DNA of 63,957 bases, filler included, from Catajapyx aquilonaris (Eukaryota): assembly GCA_000934665.2 (NCBI GenBank). It is 4 parts of 4 records of this genome, joined end to end, with 100 filler letters (N's around TTAATTAATTAA, not from the genome) between each part and the next. Parts side by side here need not be neighbours in the genome. Positions count along the whole stretch, not along the records: positions 1 to 15,929 come from JYFJ02007355.1; 3 more parts are not named here. One strand, 5' to 3'. Under the pieces are notes generated by a model. It was not told the origin of the DNA. It worked only from the letters and a program-made list of their open reading frames with translations, and did not search any database. Both the position numbers and the translations under genes were made by a program. Within the stretch, counting starts at the first letter, position 1. The number at the start of each line of letters is the position of its first letter. Below are positions 1-12,337 of this stretch, one piece after another.

Positions 1-677
1 AAACTTCACAGGCGCATGTGCGACATGCCCAGGAATGGATGGTGTGATTTTCACGAAATTGTCAATGAATGGACTTAGCGCAAGAACTACCTTAATGGAA
101 TGCTTTTAGTACCATACTGAAATTATGTTACGGTGAAAATGGGCGAATTACTTTTTATGGTAGTTCGGTCCGTTGCTTTCGTATCTACCAATGGGGAGGC
201 AGAAAAGCCGGCCGGGGTGTGGCTGGCGAGTGGGGGCAGCACCTCTTGCAGAGGCAGATGAAGGACCCTGCCATTTTCCTGCCTCTCCCATTGGTGGAAA
301 CGGAAGGGAAGGTTGGTAGCTCCGATATGCCCACTGTACCGTTTCGTTTGATTGGTATGCCACCTTCAGCTAGTGTGAACCCAGCTTAATGTAACTGATG
401 TGAAAACCTCGCCTCATACTGGCATACCTCACTTAGACCGGCATGCCGATATAGCCACCAGATTGTGCATTTATAAAATCTGGTCGACCCCGGCTACACC
501 GGCATGCCGCTTTGTGTGAGGTAATAATATGGCACCTGCATGCATTTTTTCAAGAAAATCGAAGTTGGTCGAGCCACCACATTCTCTGAATTGAGATGGA
601 ATGATCCAGATAGAGGACCCTGAGGCATATTTTTATTTCAAGGTGGGCATTAGCGCCCCTAATAGTGGAACTAACTT

Positions 678-940
678 GGGCGACACGGTGGCGGAGTGGT
701 TAGCGCCACAACCTACCACCTCTAAGGTCCCGAGTTCGATCCCCGGGTTGGACGGAGGATACTTACGTGGATAGAGTTTCGATGGGTTCTCTCCGTGTTC
801 GCGTGGGTTTTCTCGGGGTTCTCCCATTTCCTCCCACTATCAAAATCCATTACATTACAGGCAAATTATTAAAGTCGGTTATTCAAAAGATAATCTCCTT
901 AGATGCCCAAGGGGCCTATCACGGGGTATCCATTATTATT
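678..940 (+). mobile_element. tRNA-derived SINE with V-domain-like core (family A)
   Basis: A box TGGCGGAGTGG, B box GAGTTCGATCCC; core GTTCTCTCCGTGTTCGCGTGGGTTTTCTCGGGGTTCTCCCATTTCCTCCCAC resembles the recalled V-SINE domain; ATT tail; exact 16-bp TSD ATAGTGGAACTAACTT at 662-677 and 941-956. Confidence 0.85.
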
Positions 941-2018
941 ATAGTGGAACTAACTTTTCGTTAGCTGATTAGCGTTTATCCCTAACATTCCTGGCCGCTA
1001 GCGGACCAATTAGCTTCTGCTAAGTTTAGTGACACTAAATGTAAGTCTGCTAACAAAATTCATTTGTGTTTCTGTCTTGCTGCCGGTTATTTTTTGAGTT
1101 GCACTGCTTGGCCCACTTCCCACTTTCCACTCCAGGCAGGGATTAAATTAGACCGGTTTATGGGGGATCAATGAGCTCGCTTAGGGAATGGTGGGTACAG
1201 CAAGGGATCAAAAAGAAAACAGCTTTTGAAACCCTAAATTGTATGGCTTAACCACAGAGGTTGAAATATTTAGGATCTGGCTATCTTTTTGAGAAGCAAT
1301 AGTTTACTTTTCCACCGGCTAAACACAGGGGGCAAAGTGGTATTATGCTGGTGGTATTAGTGGTATAGGCTGGGGGTTGGGGGGAATGGGGGGTGGGTGG
1401 GTGGGGAGTTCCCCACTTAATCCCGCAGTCTTTTGGTGGACAATGGAAAGTGAAGAGGACATTTTTCTTCCACCTGTGGGTGAGGCGGAGGCTGAGCGCC
1501 AGGAAATTTTGAGAGGCTGATATTCTTGAAGGCTAACCTCCATCACTTCCAAACGTTGGAGCCAAAGTCAAATACATTTGCCAATTGCAAAATGTAAAAG
1601 TTTTGTGACCAATAAACTTTTTTGCTCTTTGGATTTGTTCATTACTTTTTGTACGGAACAGTAAATAACTAAATAAGGTGTATGTGTAGCAATGGTCTCT
1701 AGGCTTTAGCAGTCTAGGTCTGTTTTTATTTTTTAAAGGGTCCTAGAGCCAAAAAAGGTTACATTCACAAAATAAAAGTTAGTGTTAGTTTCCGCTAATT
1801 TTCAAGCCCAGGGCTGGGCAACCTTTTTCTCAGTGGGCCGCATAGAGATTTTTAAAAATTTGGAAGGAGTAGTTCTTTGGACACGCGAAAGGCGGGAGGG
1901 TGAGTAGTGCGGTGGGGGGCAGCTTGGCTGTGTCACAAAGGCAAGGATGCAAGGATTGATTTTTTGGATTTTGGAAGGGGTATGCTGTACCAACCTAACC
2001 TAACCTTCCTTCCTGGTG

Positions 2019-2095
2019 GATACAGACCTATCTTCAGCCGATACAGACCTATCGTCAACCAATACAGACCTATCTTCAGCCGATACACGCCTATC
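2019..2095. repeat. 21-bp minisatellite, ~3.5 copies
   Basis: Unit GATACAGACCTATCTTCAGCC repeated in tandem. Confidence 0.85.
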
Positions 2096-2605
2096 CTTTA
2101 TTCTTGCCTTTGCGACACAGCCCGCTGCCCCCACCTTTCGCGTATCCAAAAGACCTACTCCAACCAAAAATTTGCCGTGCCGCATCTAACAAAAGAAATT
2201 TCAACTTATAAAAAAGTTTACAATTGTATATCTATCGTTTTAAATGAACTTCCAATAATTGCATAAATTACACTGGGCAACAAATTTTTTTGTTGCATTG
2301 ATACCAGCACTTGTTCTTACCTAATTTGAGTGTGCTGAATTGGAATCTGATGTTAGTTTATCTCTGTAAGCTCTAGATTTTCTACTATTCAAATTTTTAG
2401 ATTTTGCGACATTTTGGCGCATGTCACATGATGACATGGTCTCTCTGAAGAATTTATGGTCATACAGTCTTAAAAATACGCCTCAACAACTGTCTTGGTA
2501 ATGATATATTCATTTTATAATCACAAAAAGTGGTAGGTGCATCACAATATGCATTAAAGTTTGAAAAAAGTAAAAAAAAATCGAAAAAGAATGTCCCATT
2601 TTTAA

Positions 2606-2893
2606 AACTCGAAAACTTGTAGACATATCTAAATGATTTAAGTTTTGAAATGCTAAGAAAGGTCTAACGTTTTGGTCTTACCATAGTTTGGTTCGTTATT
2701 CTGAACTCCATTTGTTGCTCATCAAATGTAAATATGGTAATCGGTGTCGTGCCTAACCAGCTCAGACATGTCATGTCTGACGTTACCGTTGCGATCTAAT
2801 CCCGTTAGGTGATGGAGATGCCGAATCTTTTCACCATACATGTATCTCCACAAAAAAGTCATTCGGGGTAAGATCTGGGCTTCTCGGGGGCTA
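2606..2893 (-). pseudogene. Degraded 3' part of a Tc1/mariner-superfamily transposase
   Basis: Minus strand reads *PPRSPDLTPNDF(fs)LWRYM, matching WPPRSPDLTPxDFFLWG; its 3' flank recurs at ~12227-12337 (inverted) and ~41735-41845. Confidence 0.7.
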
Positions 2894-3589
2894 GGCACTA
2901 TTCCATACTTCGCACACTGGGAGGCTAAACAAGTGAAACTGTCCTTCCGCAGCTTGGTTGTATGAGGCTACTTTTCATGTGCATGATCACGAACAATATT
3001 TATTTATTTGCGTATTTATTTATTTTTTTATTTACTTATTTATTTAATTGTCTTACCCTTTGCCACCCTTTATAGGGTATTCAGGGGAACTCCACTCCCT
3101 TACAGTGTGTTCATACAATATACAGAAACCATTAAAGCCCTACTATACAAACATGATACAGATGTGTGACATAATTTGCCGGACACCATGAGGCACGTTA
3201 CATGACGCCGCTTCGAAGCGGTTCGGAAAGGTGCTTACAGAGCAGCATCTCGGACATGTAACATGTGAAATTGCGCATCAACTGAACTGCGCAGCCAGTC
3301 AGCCGTAGCCAGTTGAACTACCATTTACCTGCGCCGCACCACTCACCTTTTAGAGGATTACTCCTGCCTTATCGCTCGACCCTTCTTTTCTCCAACTCCA
3401 AGATTTCCCAAATTACTGGTTTTCGAAGTGGGTGGGGGATCAGCAGCGGGAGGGGGAGAAGGGGTGAGGGGGACGCCACTGCTTTCAGAGGCCAGACATG
3501 TAACACCTTGCCGAAGGGGCACCTTTCTGATTCGTATTGAAATAGAAGCGACGCGACTGTCCATGTAACGCAGCTCCATAATACTACTC

Positions 3590-4330
3590 TGTACTGGTAC
3601 ATTTCTAACAAATTCATGGCGGTCTTGAAAAAAAGAAAGATCTGATAGGCAAGCTCCTGGGGAACTGCATTGAAGGACCAAAGCAGGCAGTCCAGAGGGG
3701 CCTTTGGCAGTGCATTTAGGTATTTTTTTCTAGGATAATCAAAAATAGGACATTCAAAAATAACATGGTGAAGGGTCTGGTTTAGCCCCATATCCTCCTG
3801 AGACCTGGTGTTGACATTTGTCGACATCAACAATAGATTTTATTGGCGCCAAATAGTGATGCCAACAGAACTGTAATCTGTTGGTATCCCATGATTACAA
3901 TCTGGCCTCAATAGGTGTAGCCACCTAGTGTCGAATATCTGACGTGGGTCGCGAAAATTAAATCGCGGATGAAATGGCGGATTCCGCTGCTGAGGCTAGG
4001 CGCTCATCTGATAAGTTTTATTTTTTTCCTCATATTTAGAGTGCGATTTTAGCAATGCAGCGAATGTCCTGGGATTCTCAAGGAATGTGCATTAGGAAAT
4101 ACGAAAAGATGTGTCTGTGACAATCTTTGTTGCTGTAGAGAACTGGTAATTTTCTTTTCTTCCTGAGACCAAATGCCCATTTAAATGGACATCCGAAATT
4201 ATTATTTTTAGCTGAATGGGCTGTGGCATTTCTGTAAGTGCCTGTACCTGTACACCCATAAGGAAATGTGCTTTGCATTATACAATTCAGTTTTAAAATC
4301 TAGAATAGCGAGGTACCATGCCAGGGGATC
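3590..4330 (-). pseudogene. 3' relic of a non-LTR retrotransposon ORF2 (RNase H remnant plus C-terminal zinc knuckle; I/Jockey-group-like)
   Basis: QTLHHVIFECPIFDYPR (HxxxxC knuckle end) in ORF 3369-3833; upstream frameshifted LWV..TGTYRNATAHSAK resembles RNase H WVPGHxGIxGNExADxxAK. Confidence 0.6.
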
Positions 4331-4465
4331 AGAAGGGAAGGAGCAACCCCCCCGCCTGGGGTGGTGGCGTTCAAAAATATTTTCATTTATCTTTAATTGT
4401 CAGGACATCATTCATATACAGTAATTATGGTGCGGTGCGCACAATATAATACTATAAATACTATA

Positions 4466-5023
4466 CAGGGTGTCTATTGTAACTCTGCAAAGACTTTCAG
4501 GGGTAATAGAGGGGACCAAGACAAGTATTTTTGACATAGGAACCCGTGTCCGGAAACGCCATCTAGAGGGGGTTCATAGACAAGGAACGGGTGAGCTCAG
4601 ACGCGTCACGCGGGAGGCGCTAGGGGAGCGGCCTGTTTTGTTGATAGATGGCGCTCGGATAGTAACCAACGATGCAATGTGTCATAACCTGACAACAGCA
4701 GAGCCATCTAGCAACTAAAGTATGCCTCCTAGGAGACGCGCGGATAGTCAACAGCGGTTCTGTTGTTGCCAGGTTATGGCGTATCGCGTTGTTGTTTGCG
4801 TACAACGACGCGATACGCCATAACCTGGCAACAACTGGGCGCCATCAACAAAACAGTCCGCTCTCTTAGCGCCTCTCGCGTGACGCGTCTGAGCGCACCC
4901 GTTCCTTGTCTATGAACCCCCTCTAGATGACGTTTCCGGACACGGGTTCCTATGTCAAAAATACTTGTCTTGGTCCCCTCTATTATCCCTGAAAGTCTTT
5001 GCAGAGTTACAATAGACACCCTG
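4466..5023. mobile_element. Tc1/mariner-type fold-back MITE with ~185-bp arms and an internal secondary hairpin
   Basis: TA|CAGGGTGTCTATTGTAAC...GTTACAATAGACACCCTG|TA; arms ~4466-4650 and ~4840-5023; internal hairpin 4762-4835. Confidence 0.9.
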
Positions 5024-5570
5024 TATATATATATACCCCGCTTAAAATGAATAGATCGGAATCGCTACGCATACAATGCTTTTTTCCCGACTTCATAACT
5101 CGCGATCGGGTTAATCGATTTCAAATCGGAAACAAGATTTACACTCCACTCACTACAGTTTCAAACTTTAGATGGATAAACAACAACTAGGGCCATTACC
5201 GGGGTCATTAGCCGGGGTCAAAGTTCAAAAAAGTGTCGTTACTTAGACCAGGGTACAGCCTAAACGGTGCGTCGTAGAGGGTCATACAATCTGTTATTCG
5301 TACCGCAATGTTCCCAGGGGGTGCCCTCCTGCCTACCTTTTTTTGAGAAAAACCTTTACTTTTTGAGCTACAAGGCGATTTCGAAAGTGTCAGTTTTGTG
5401 GCTCTCGCCCTCTTTCTGTACCGAGACCGGATATACTTGGGAGGGGGGGTCCCAGTCTGGAGCCCACTTCCCCCCACAGGAGGTTGAAGGGGGGAAACAT
5501 TTTGGGACGAAAGGGGGGGCATCAGCAGGTTTTCACTTTATTCTGATGATGAAAAGAATTAAATAAAAAT

Positions 5571-5913
5571 AGGCAGTAAAACTGCCGAAAGCTATTCTTC
5601 CTCTGGGTGAGATTAAAAGTGAGAAACAAGTCCATAGGTTGGGGTTGGTTCGTGTCATAGGGATGTGTGATAATCAAATTTAATTCAAATCATTCGTGCT
5701 TTGGGGCTGGGAAGAATTAGGCAGAGTAGGAGAGTCGGAGAAGTGCATAAAAGCGATATCTGCCTAATTCTTCCCAGCCCCAAAGCACGAATGTTTTGAA
5801 TTAAATTTGATTATCACACATCCCCATGACACGAACCAACCCCCACCTATGGACTTGTTTCTTACTTTTAATCTCACCCAGAGGAAGAATAGTTTTCGGC
5901 AGTTTTACTGCCT
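5571..5913. repeat. Palindromic element (155-bp arms, ~33-bp loop), probable MITE
   Basis: 5571-5725 is the near-perfect reverse complement of 5759-5913 (AGGCAGTAAAACTGCCGAAA...TTTCGGCAGTTTTACTGCCT). Confidence 0.9.
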
Positions 5914-7790
5914 TTTTTTATATATTGCAGTTGTCACAATCTTGACTTATGTGTATATAGTCCTAGGTGGGCAAAAGCTACAAGTAAAACGTATTATTAT
6001 GTATTATGAAGTAATTATTATTCAGAATTTTTGCGATAGAGCGGACATGAAGCGACGATTATTTTTTTCGTTGAATACCGCATTTGATCACACCAATCGG
6101 ATGCTCAACATCTCTACTAAACATTGCCAACCTTAAAATTGGCCAGTGTTGCTGTTCTTTGGCACCAGCTGCTCATACGTTCAACTGTGCGCACCAAAGG
6201 CCTTTTGGTGTCTGGGGACACGCGCGGCTTTTGGCGCCTCTGTAAGCATTGCCATTCATTCGATCACTTCTCAAGTGTGTCTGTTGGATGCAGCTTGATG
6301 TCCTCTTTCGATTGGTGTGCTTAAATTGTCGGAGGGTGATCTCTGTGTGCTTCAGTTTCAGTAACTAACCAGAGTCATCCGAAAGCTTTGGTTCGTTACC
6401 AAAAATTACGAAAAATTCCTGTACACACCTTATGCCAATGATTTGGAGCGTCAAACTTGGAAACCTCTGTGGGAGTCGCGTAATACAGCAGTGTGCAAAG
6501 ATTCAGCCCCATTCCATACCTCCATGTATTTATTTGGACGGTAACGAACCAAGCCATTTTCCTGCCGCCGAGCGTACTCCCTCCGATCTCGGCTCAGATA
6601 ATAACCAAATCCACGCCCAATAATGCGGAAATTTTTATGTAATGGTTTTCAATGGCGCTGATTTCAGATCCGATGTCAGAAATTCAAAAATCAAAATGGT
6701 TGATCCAATATGGCAGACAGCATGTGCAGAGAATTGGACAGATATAAAGTATTAGCGTCAAAATTAGTTTACGGCGGCTTTAGAGGGCTCTGATTTCAAA
6801 TTCAATGTAAAAAAGTTACAAATCAAAGTGGCGCGATGTGTTATCCGGATATGTTCTGATGCTACCGCCGATTTTATTGGGAGGAAGAGGGAGGGATGCA
6901 GCTCTTCAATGGTTCTTATTTATGATGCTGAAAACAAATTTTCACGAATCCTTCATGTTATAAACAGTTGCCTCTATTTACAATGCCACTGCAAGATGGG
7001 TGGTCCGGAAGTTAATTTATTGTCTCTAGCGGTCAAGGTGGCAGGTGGTGGCAGCTAGTCTTTGGTTCTTCTCAGTCATGAGAGCCTCCCGCTTTTTATA
7101 GGCCGTAAATCACAAAATTTGCATTTATCTGAAATTTTGCAGGTCTGAATTGATTGGAAAATTGACTGAAATGACCCATTTTCAAATACCTTCATTTATA
7201 GGCTTAGTAAATTTTTATAGATGGTCACATTATAACTCCTTATACAGTCATATGCATATGCATTACAATGTGGAGCAGCTAAAATGGCTGTGCTCAGAGG
7301 TCAGAGGTTATAAATTTTTGAATAAACCATTATTAAAATGTTTTCCCCTCTAGTCAGTTCATAACTTCATTGATGTGTCTGTGTCAGCCTGGTCCCCAAA
7401 GACTGGTGTGTAGGCAGGCAGCAGCCTTTTCATATACTGGGTTACATCCAACATACACAATCATCACGGCATAGTCCCATGATGAGGTATAGTCAGCGAT
7501 GACCAGGTCATACGACCCAGCCATCTCAATCGACCAATACACGAGAATCCTCTGATGACTGGTCAGTGTCATGATGTGTCTCGTTTTAATTATGTACGCC
7601 CTGAAGTGGTAAAACAGCTCACAAATACTACCCGTGAAAAGGTTCTGAACGGTGGAAAATCGCACGCCTTGGTTCGTTACTTTTTTTCTTGATTCGTTAC
7701 CGAGAGTTTTGTTGCGCTACGATGCAAAGGAAAGCAGATACCGGTACGGCAAGGTGACCAATGGATTCCTCGCACTTTTATTCTCTAGAG

Positions 7791-8220
7791 CAGTGGTCCC
7801 CAACCCCCGGGCCGCGGACCGCTACCGGTCCGTGGATCAAATGGTACCGGGCCGCCCAATTATTCCCATTTCATATTTTTTTCTACATTTATCGATATAT
7901 CGTCTGATCTGGGGCCGTGGTACGATATTTCTGGCCTTGGCAGGGTATTTCCAACGCTATACCCCTAGATGGAACCGTCTCGTTGCAAAGAAACAAGCTC
8001 AGGGTTCTCATTGATTTTGCGTTCTAGTGAGGTGACATGTTCAATCACTTTATATTCATTTTTTGGTGTAACTATATTTTATTTTGAAGCCATGTTTAAG
8101 TACAATAAAATGAAAATTATTAAATCAAAACAATCTATATACCCCCNCCGCCCCAGCGGGCCGTGGTAAAATTATCAAACGTTGACCGGTCCGGGGCGAT
8201 AAAAAGGTTGGGGACCACTG
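7791..8220 (+). mobile_element. Non-autonomous hAT (Charlie/Buster-type, MER1-like) element
   Basis: TIR CAGTGGTCCCCAACC at both ends; perfect 8-bp TSD CTCTAGAG (7783-7790, 8221-8228); retains transposase C-terminus TPRWNRLVAKKQAQGSH* (stop at 8014). Confidence 0.9.
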
Positions 8221-9141
8221 CTCTAGAGCATCTCTATACTGCCATCAAAACCACTTAGAATTCGCCGAGTTATTACGCAATGTAACCCGGTGCAGAAATG
8301 CGTGTCCTCGAAACTTTGGTTCGTTACCGTGTTTGTTCTCGCTCCTCGGGCGCTATCGAATGATATATTTTGTGTCGGATTTGTGGCAAAATTCAGCCCT
8401 TTGTACCTGGAACTCAATAGAAAAAAAAAGTATCCCCAAAGGTTTACCACAAGCATGGAAAATCACAATGAAAGTTGAAAAAAATCGTCCGAACCTTGGT
8501 TCGTTACCGCAAAAATGGCCTATTATAATCGTATTGTTGTGTTTGTACTAATGGGATGTCGATCGAAGCAATTTTTAAGCACATAAAAATTGAGTTCCTA
8601 CGCAATGGTTGTACTGCTGCAGGAGGTTTTGCTTTTAATATGGTTTGTGTGGTTGATTTAAAAATTGCAAGTGTTTCGGATTTAAAGGTCTGATTTAAAA
8701 GGGTGTGGGTCATTTCACCGACACCCACGCGGCCGACAGGTTATTTCACCGACAGACATTTCACCGACATACCCATTCCACCGACAAGCCATTTCACTGA
8801 CAAGGAGGTTCCCCGACAGGGCGTTTCACCGACAGTCATTTGATCGACATATTTACCCACACAATTCCCATATGAAAACCATCCAGTCACTGGAGAGACG
8901 GGGCCCAGATCACACCTCATTTTTGCAGCGCCCCTTATGGAAGGAACCACCTGACAGATGTCTCCCATTTCTATCAAATATTAGGTATAGTCAATAAGTT
9001 CCCGTCCCGGCCGGCTGGAGGCCGACAGTTGACACGGAGACTGGTGCTGCTGTGGTTGGCTGTGAGGTACATTAGCAGTCACCAACCTGGCCAAGAGTGA
9101 ACTCGGTGTGCTGCGTAATAGCTGCAGTACACAGTCGAAAA

Positions 9142-9501
9142 ATGTCGTTCACCATATCAGGCGCGTCCAAGGCGGACGAACGGGCAGTAATTCAGTTCCT
9201 GTGTGCAGAGGGAGCGGGACCGAAGGAGATTCATTCACGCATGAGGGCTGTGTATGGAGACACTTGCGTGGCGTACTCGACAGTGAAGGACCGGGTACGC
9301 CATTTCCGCAGGGGTCGACAAGGCGCTTGTCCATCGACAGGATTGCTGAGCAGGCTTGCATCGTTGGAGGCAGTAACAGGTCGGCCTGACCGTGCCATGT
9401 CCGACGTGCCTTGTCGACCACTGTGGAAATGGCGTACCCAGTCCTTCACTGTCGAGTACGCCACGCAAGGGTCTCCATACACAGCCCTCATGCGTGAATG
9501 A
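9142..9501 (+). pseudogene. Truncated mariner transposase N-terminal HTH (left arm)
   Basis: MSFTISGASKADERAVIQFLCAEGAGPKEIHSRMRAVYGDTCVAYSTVKDRVRHFRRGR is Mos1-type HTH1; the ORF then runs into antisense sequence. Confidence 0.85.
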
Positions 9502-9590
9502 ATCTCCTTCGGTCCCGCTCCCTCTGCACACAGGAACTGAATTACTGCCCGTTCGTCCGCCTTGGACGCGCCTGATATGGTGAACGACAT
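9231..9590 (-). pseudogene. Truncated mariner transposase N-terminal HTH plus RSGRP linker (right arm)
   Basis: ...ERAVIQFL..EIHSRMRAVYGDPCVAYSTVKDWVRHFHSGRQGTSDMARSGRPVTA. Confidence 0.85.
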
Positions 9591-10995
9591 TTTTCGACTG
9601 TGTACCGCAGCTATTACGCAGCACACCGAGTGCACTCTTGGCCAGATTGGTGACTGCTAATGTACCTCACAGCCAACCACAGCAGCACCAGTCTCCGTGT
9701 CAACTGTCGGCCTCCAGCCGGCCGGGACGGGAACTTATTGACTGTACTAATATAAACGGAGTATACATTTCCAATTATTACATTGCATGAATGAAATACC
9801 TGTAGTCAGACACCCGGACAACAACTGCTTACCGGGGAAACTGTAGGTGACGACCTGATTCGCTATAAGATATTCTCTTGGGAAACGTGAAAATGAGGTG
9901 TGATCTGGACCCCGTCTCTCCAGTGACTTGATGGTTTTCATATCGGAATTGTGCGGGTAAATTTGTCGATCAAATGACTGTTGGTGAAACGCCCTGTCGG
10001 GGAACCTCCTTGTCGCAGTGGAATGGATATGTCGGTGAAATGGCTTGTCGGTGGAATGGGTATGTCGGTGAAATGTCTGTCAGTGAAATGGCCTGTCGGC
10101 CAGGTGGGTGTCGGTGAAATGACCCGCTCCAGATTTAAACGTGATCTCTCCGGAGGCATTAGAGACAAAGTTCTGCCGGCTATTATGAAAATCCTACTCA
10201 ATGTTATGTTTCAAATTTTGTCTACTGCCAAAGGTATCAAGTTTCCAAGTTTTTGTCATAAGGGTATTGAATGCATATGTTAGTATTTTTTATGATTTTT
10301 ATCAGAGGTCATGCAAGATGGCCACTTTGCCGGAGACTTGAGCGGGGAAGGAGAAGGATGGTTGCGGGCTGGGTGGGTTTGCGCTTCGGATTTTTTTCTC
10401 TACAATGAAATAAATTACCGGTCTTAAACTTTTTTAAATGAAAAGCATTTAGCAGAGGTACACGTGAGTATTTTTCTCAGGCTTGATGTGGCCATGGTGC
10501 ACTTGATGTGGCCATATCAGGAGCAGGTCTGCTTTTACAAAAATCGTTTGATTATATGAACAACAATGAGTTACTCGTAAAACATACGCCATCAATGGCA
10601 ACACCAATCTAAAGAGCATTAAAAACTGAATAGAGTACGATGGTTTTCATGAAAAATGTATTTGAAAAACATGCATAAAAGAAAGGAGACGTACATGAGA
10701 AAAACAAGAAGAGGTGACACGAAAAACACAATCCAGGCAACTGAGGCCATATGGCTCAACCTGGGTGGATGGGAAATGATCAAGTGACACACTTGGAGGC
10801 CCCCTCACTGGCTGCTGATGCCATATAGTGGATTTCTTTGTTAGTTAACTCACAATAGCGGGGTGGGCATATCAGGAGCATGGCCATAACCAGTACGACC
10901 ACCTTACTAATTTGATTTTGCTCGGATTCCTTTTAAAATGTTTACACTTCTTGTCTGGTGTTAGGCAAATCATAAGCAAGCACACTCGGGGGGTG

Positions 10996-12019
10996 ACCTC
11001 GAATGTTCCATGCAATTAGTTCGATCTGGATAGGCGATCTAAGGCCTGCTGTCACTGCCTCAGTGGGCGGATAGTCTTGAACACCCTCTTCTGGGTCGTC
11101 AAACTTAAGGGAAGTGACAGTATGGCGGCTCTTCACTGACCTCTGACCCCCCTCTCACTTCTCCCCGGAATTACCTCCATTTCACGGCACTACTTCAGGA
11201 TGCTGCTGGTCATCCTCGGGCACCACATTTTTGGAACTGAACTGGCACGGCGCGCCTGTTGTGGGTTGCTTCTTTGATTGAACCGAGTCCAATGGTGACG
11301 CGTGGCGATTCTGAGACTGCGAGGTTGGGTCCTTCCTTGCAGGCGTTCTGGCCGGAACACCACGTCCTGGTCCTCCTCGTGCCCGCTGATCTACCTTCCC
11401 CACTGACCTGCCCTTAGCACTAAGCACCCACTGTACTCCATCAAGTAAAAGCTTGTCGGCCCTCAGGGAAGCCTTTTTCCCCTCCCATTTCGCCACCACC
11501 AAAAATGGAACCAATGCTTGCAGATTCCTTACATTGTCCCATTATTTTGTCTTTGTCGTAGAATCTCAGCAATTTGGCTATAAGCGGATGGGCGAGTCCC
11601 CTCCCCAGCCAGTGAGCACGTTCGATTTCCAGATGTTGCGGGTTAGGATGTAGGTTGTGCTGCGTAATTACACGTCGGACCAAGGCCGCACAGTCATCCC
11701 ACGATTCCTTGGCCCCCTCCGGAAGCCCATAAATGATTATGTTGTTACATCTTGATTGATCCTCCAACCTTGAGAGCTGCGACGTTAGGCTGACCACCTG
11801 TGCTGATAAAGTGGTAACGGTTTCACCCATCTGCACCACCTCAGTGGACACCTTCTCCCACTTGACACCCCACTTCTGATCCAGATTGGTCACAGCTCCG
11901 TCAATCTTCTCATGGATTACCTTGACAGCTTGGGACATGTCCGCAGAAAGCTTTCTCTGCATCTCGTCCAGCATAAGCTGGATCTGATTTGTTGTCGCCA
12001 TTTGCCCCACTTGACCCAC
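10996..12019 (-). pseudogene. LINE (CR1/L2-type) ORF1 with a frameshift and the first residues of ORF2 endonuclease
   Basis: Coiled coil then LEDQSRCNNIIIYGLPE...EIERAHWLG...PLIAKLLRFYDKDKI (Transposase_22-like RRM ORF1); EGKKASLRADKLLLDG in the next frame; WNIRG (APE start) at 10996-11010. Confidence 0.8.
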
Positions 12020-12100
12020 ATGTAACTGACTTTCTCTGCTAGTCGGGGAGCTCAGTCACGCACATCCTTTCAGTTCGTCTGGCAGGAGCAGAGTCCGATC

Positions 12101-12337
12101 AAGAACAATATTTGTGGTGTAAAGACCAATGACCTCCAACACCTACGGTTTAGGATCCCAGCAGTATCTCCAGATATGATTGAGCGGGCTTGGCTCGAGA
12201 CTGAATACCGACTTTTTTATTTCTCGAGCGACAAATGAAGCTCAAATCGAAACAAACTAAGGTGGGACGAAAACTTTAGACATTTCTTAATATTTCAAAA
12301 CTTAAATCATTTAGATATGTCTACAAGTTTTCGAGTT
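12101..12337 (+). pseudogene. Tc1/mariner transposase C-terminal relic (same family as 2606-2893)
   Basis: KNNICGVKTNDLQHLRFRIPAVSPDMIERAWLETEYRLFISRATNEAQIETN* followed by the shared 3' flank. Confidence 0.7.

Larger units (their letters stand above)
8981..9750. mobile_element. Palindromic mariner derivative made of two 5' ends
   Basis: TA|TTAGGTATAGTCAATAAGTTCCCG terminus (Himar1-like) mirrored at the right end before TA 9751-52; arms ~8981-9325 and ~9406-9750 nearly identical; both arms encode the transposase N-terminus. Confidence 0.92.
8702..10130. mobile_element. Foldback/MULE-like non-autonomous element with ~220-240-bp modular TIRs (host of the mariner palindrome)
   Basis: Left arm ~8702-8923 pairs with ~9890-10130; tandem CATTTCACCGACA subrepeats; GATTTAAA flanks both sides (degenerate 9-10-bp TSD). 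Confidence 0.8.

Noticed and set aside
1809..1845. hAT-like left end CAGGGCTGGGCAACC
   Set aside because: No matching right TIR or TSD found
4470..5019. Paired ORFs MSIVTLQRLSG.. on both strands
   Set aside because: By-product of the palindromic MITE; no recognisable domain
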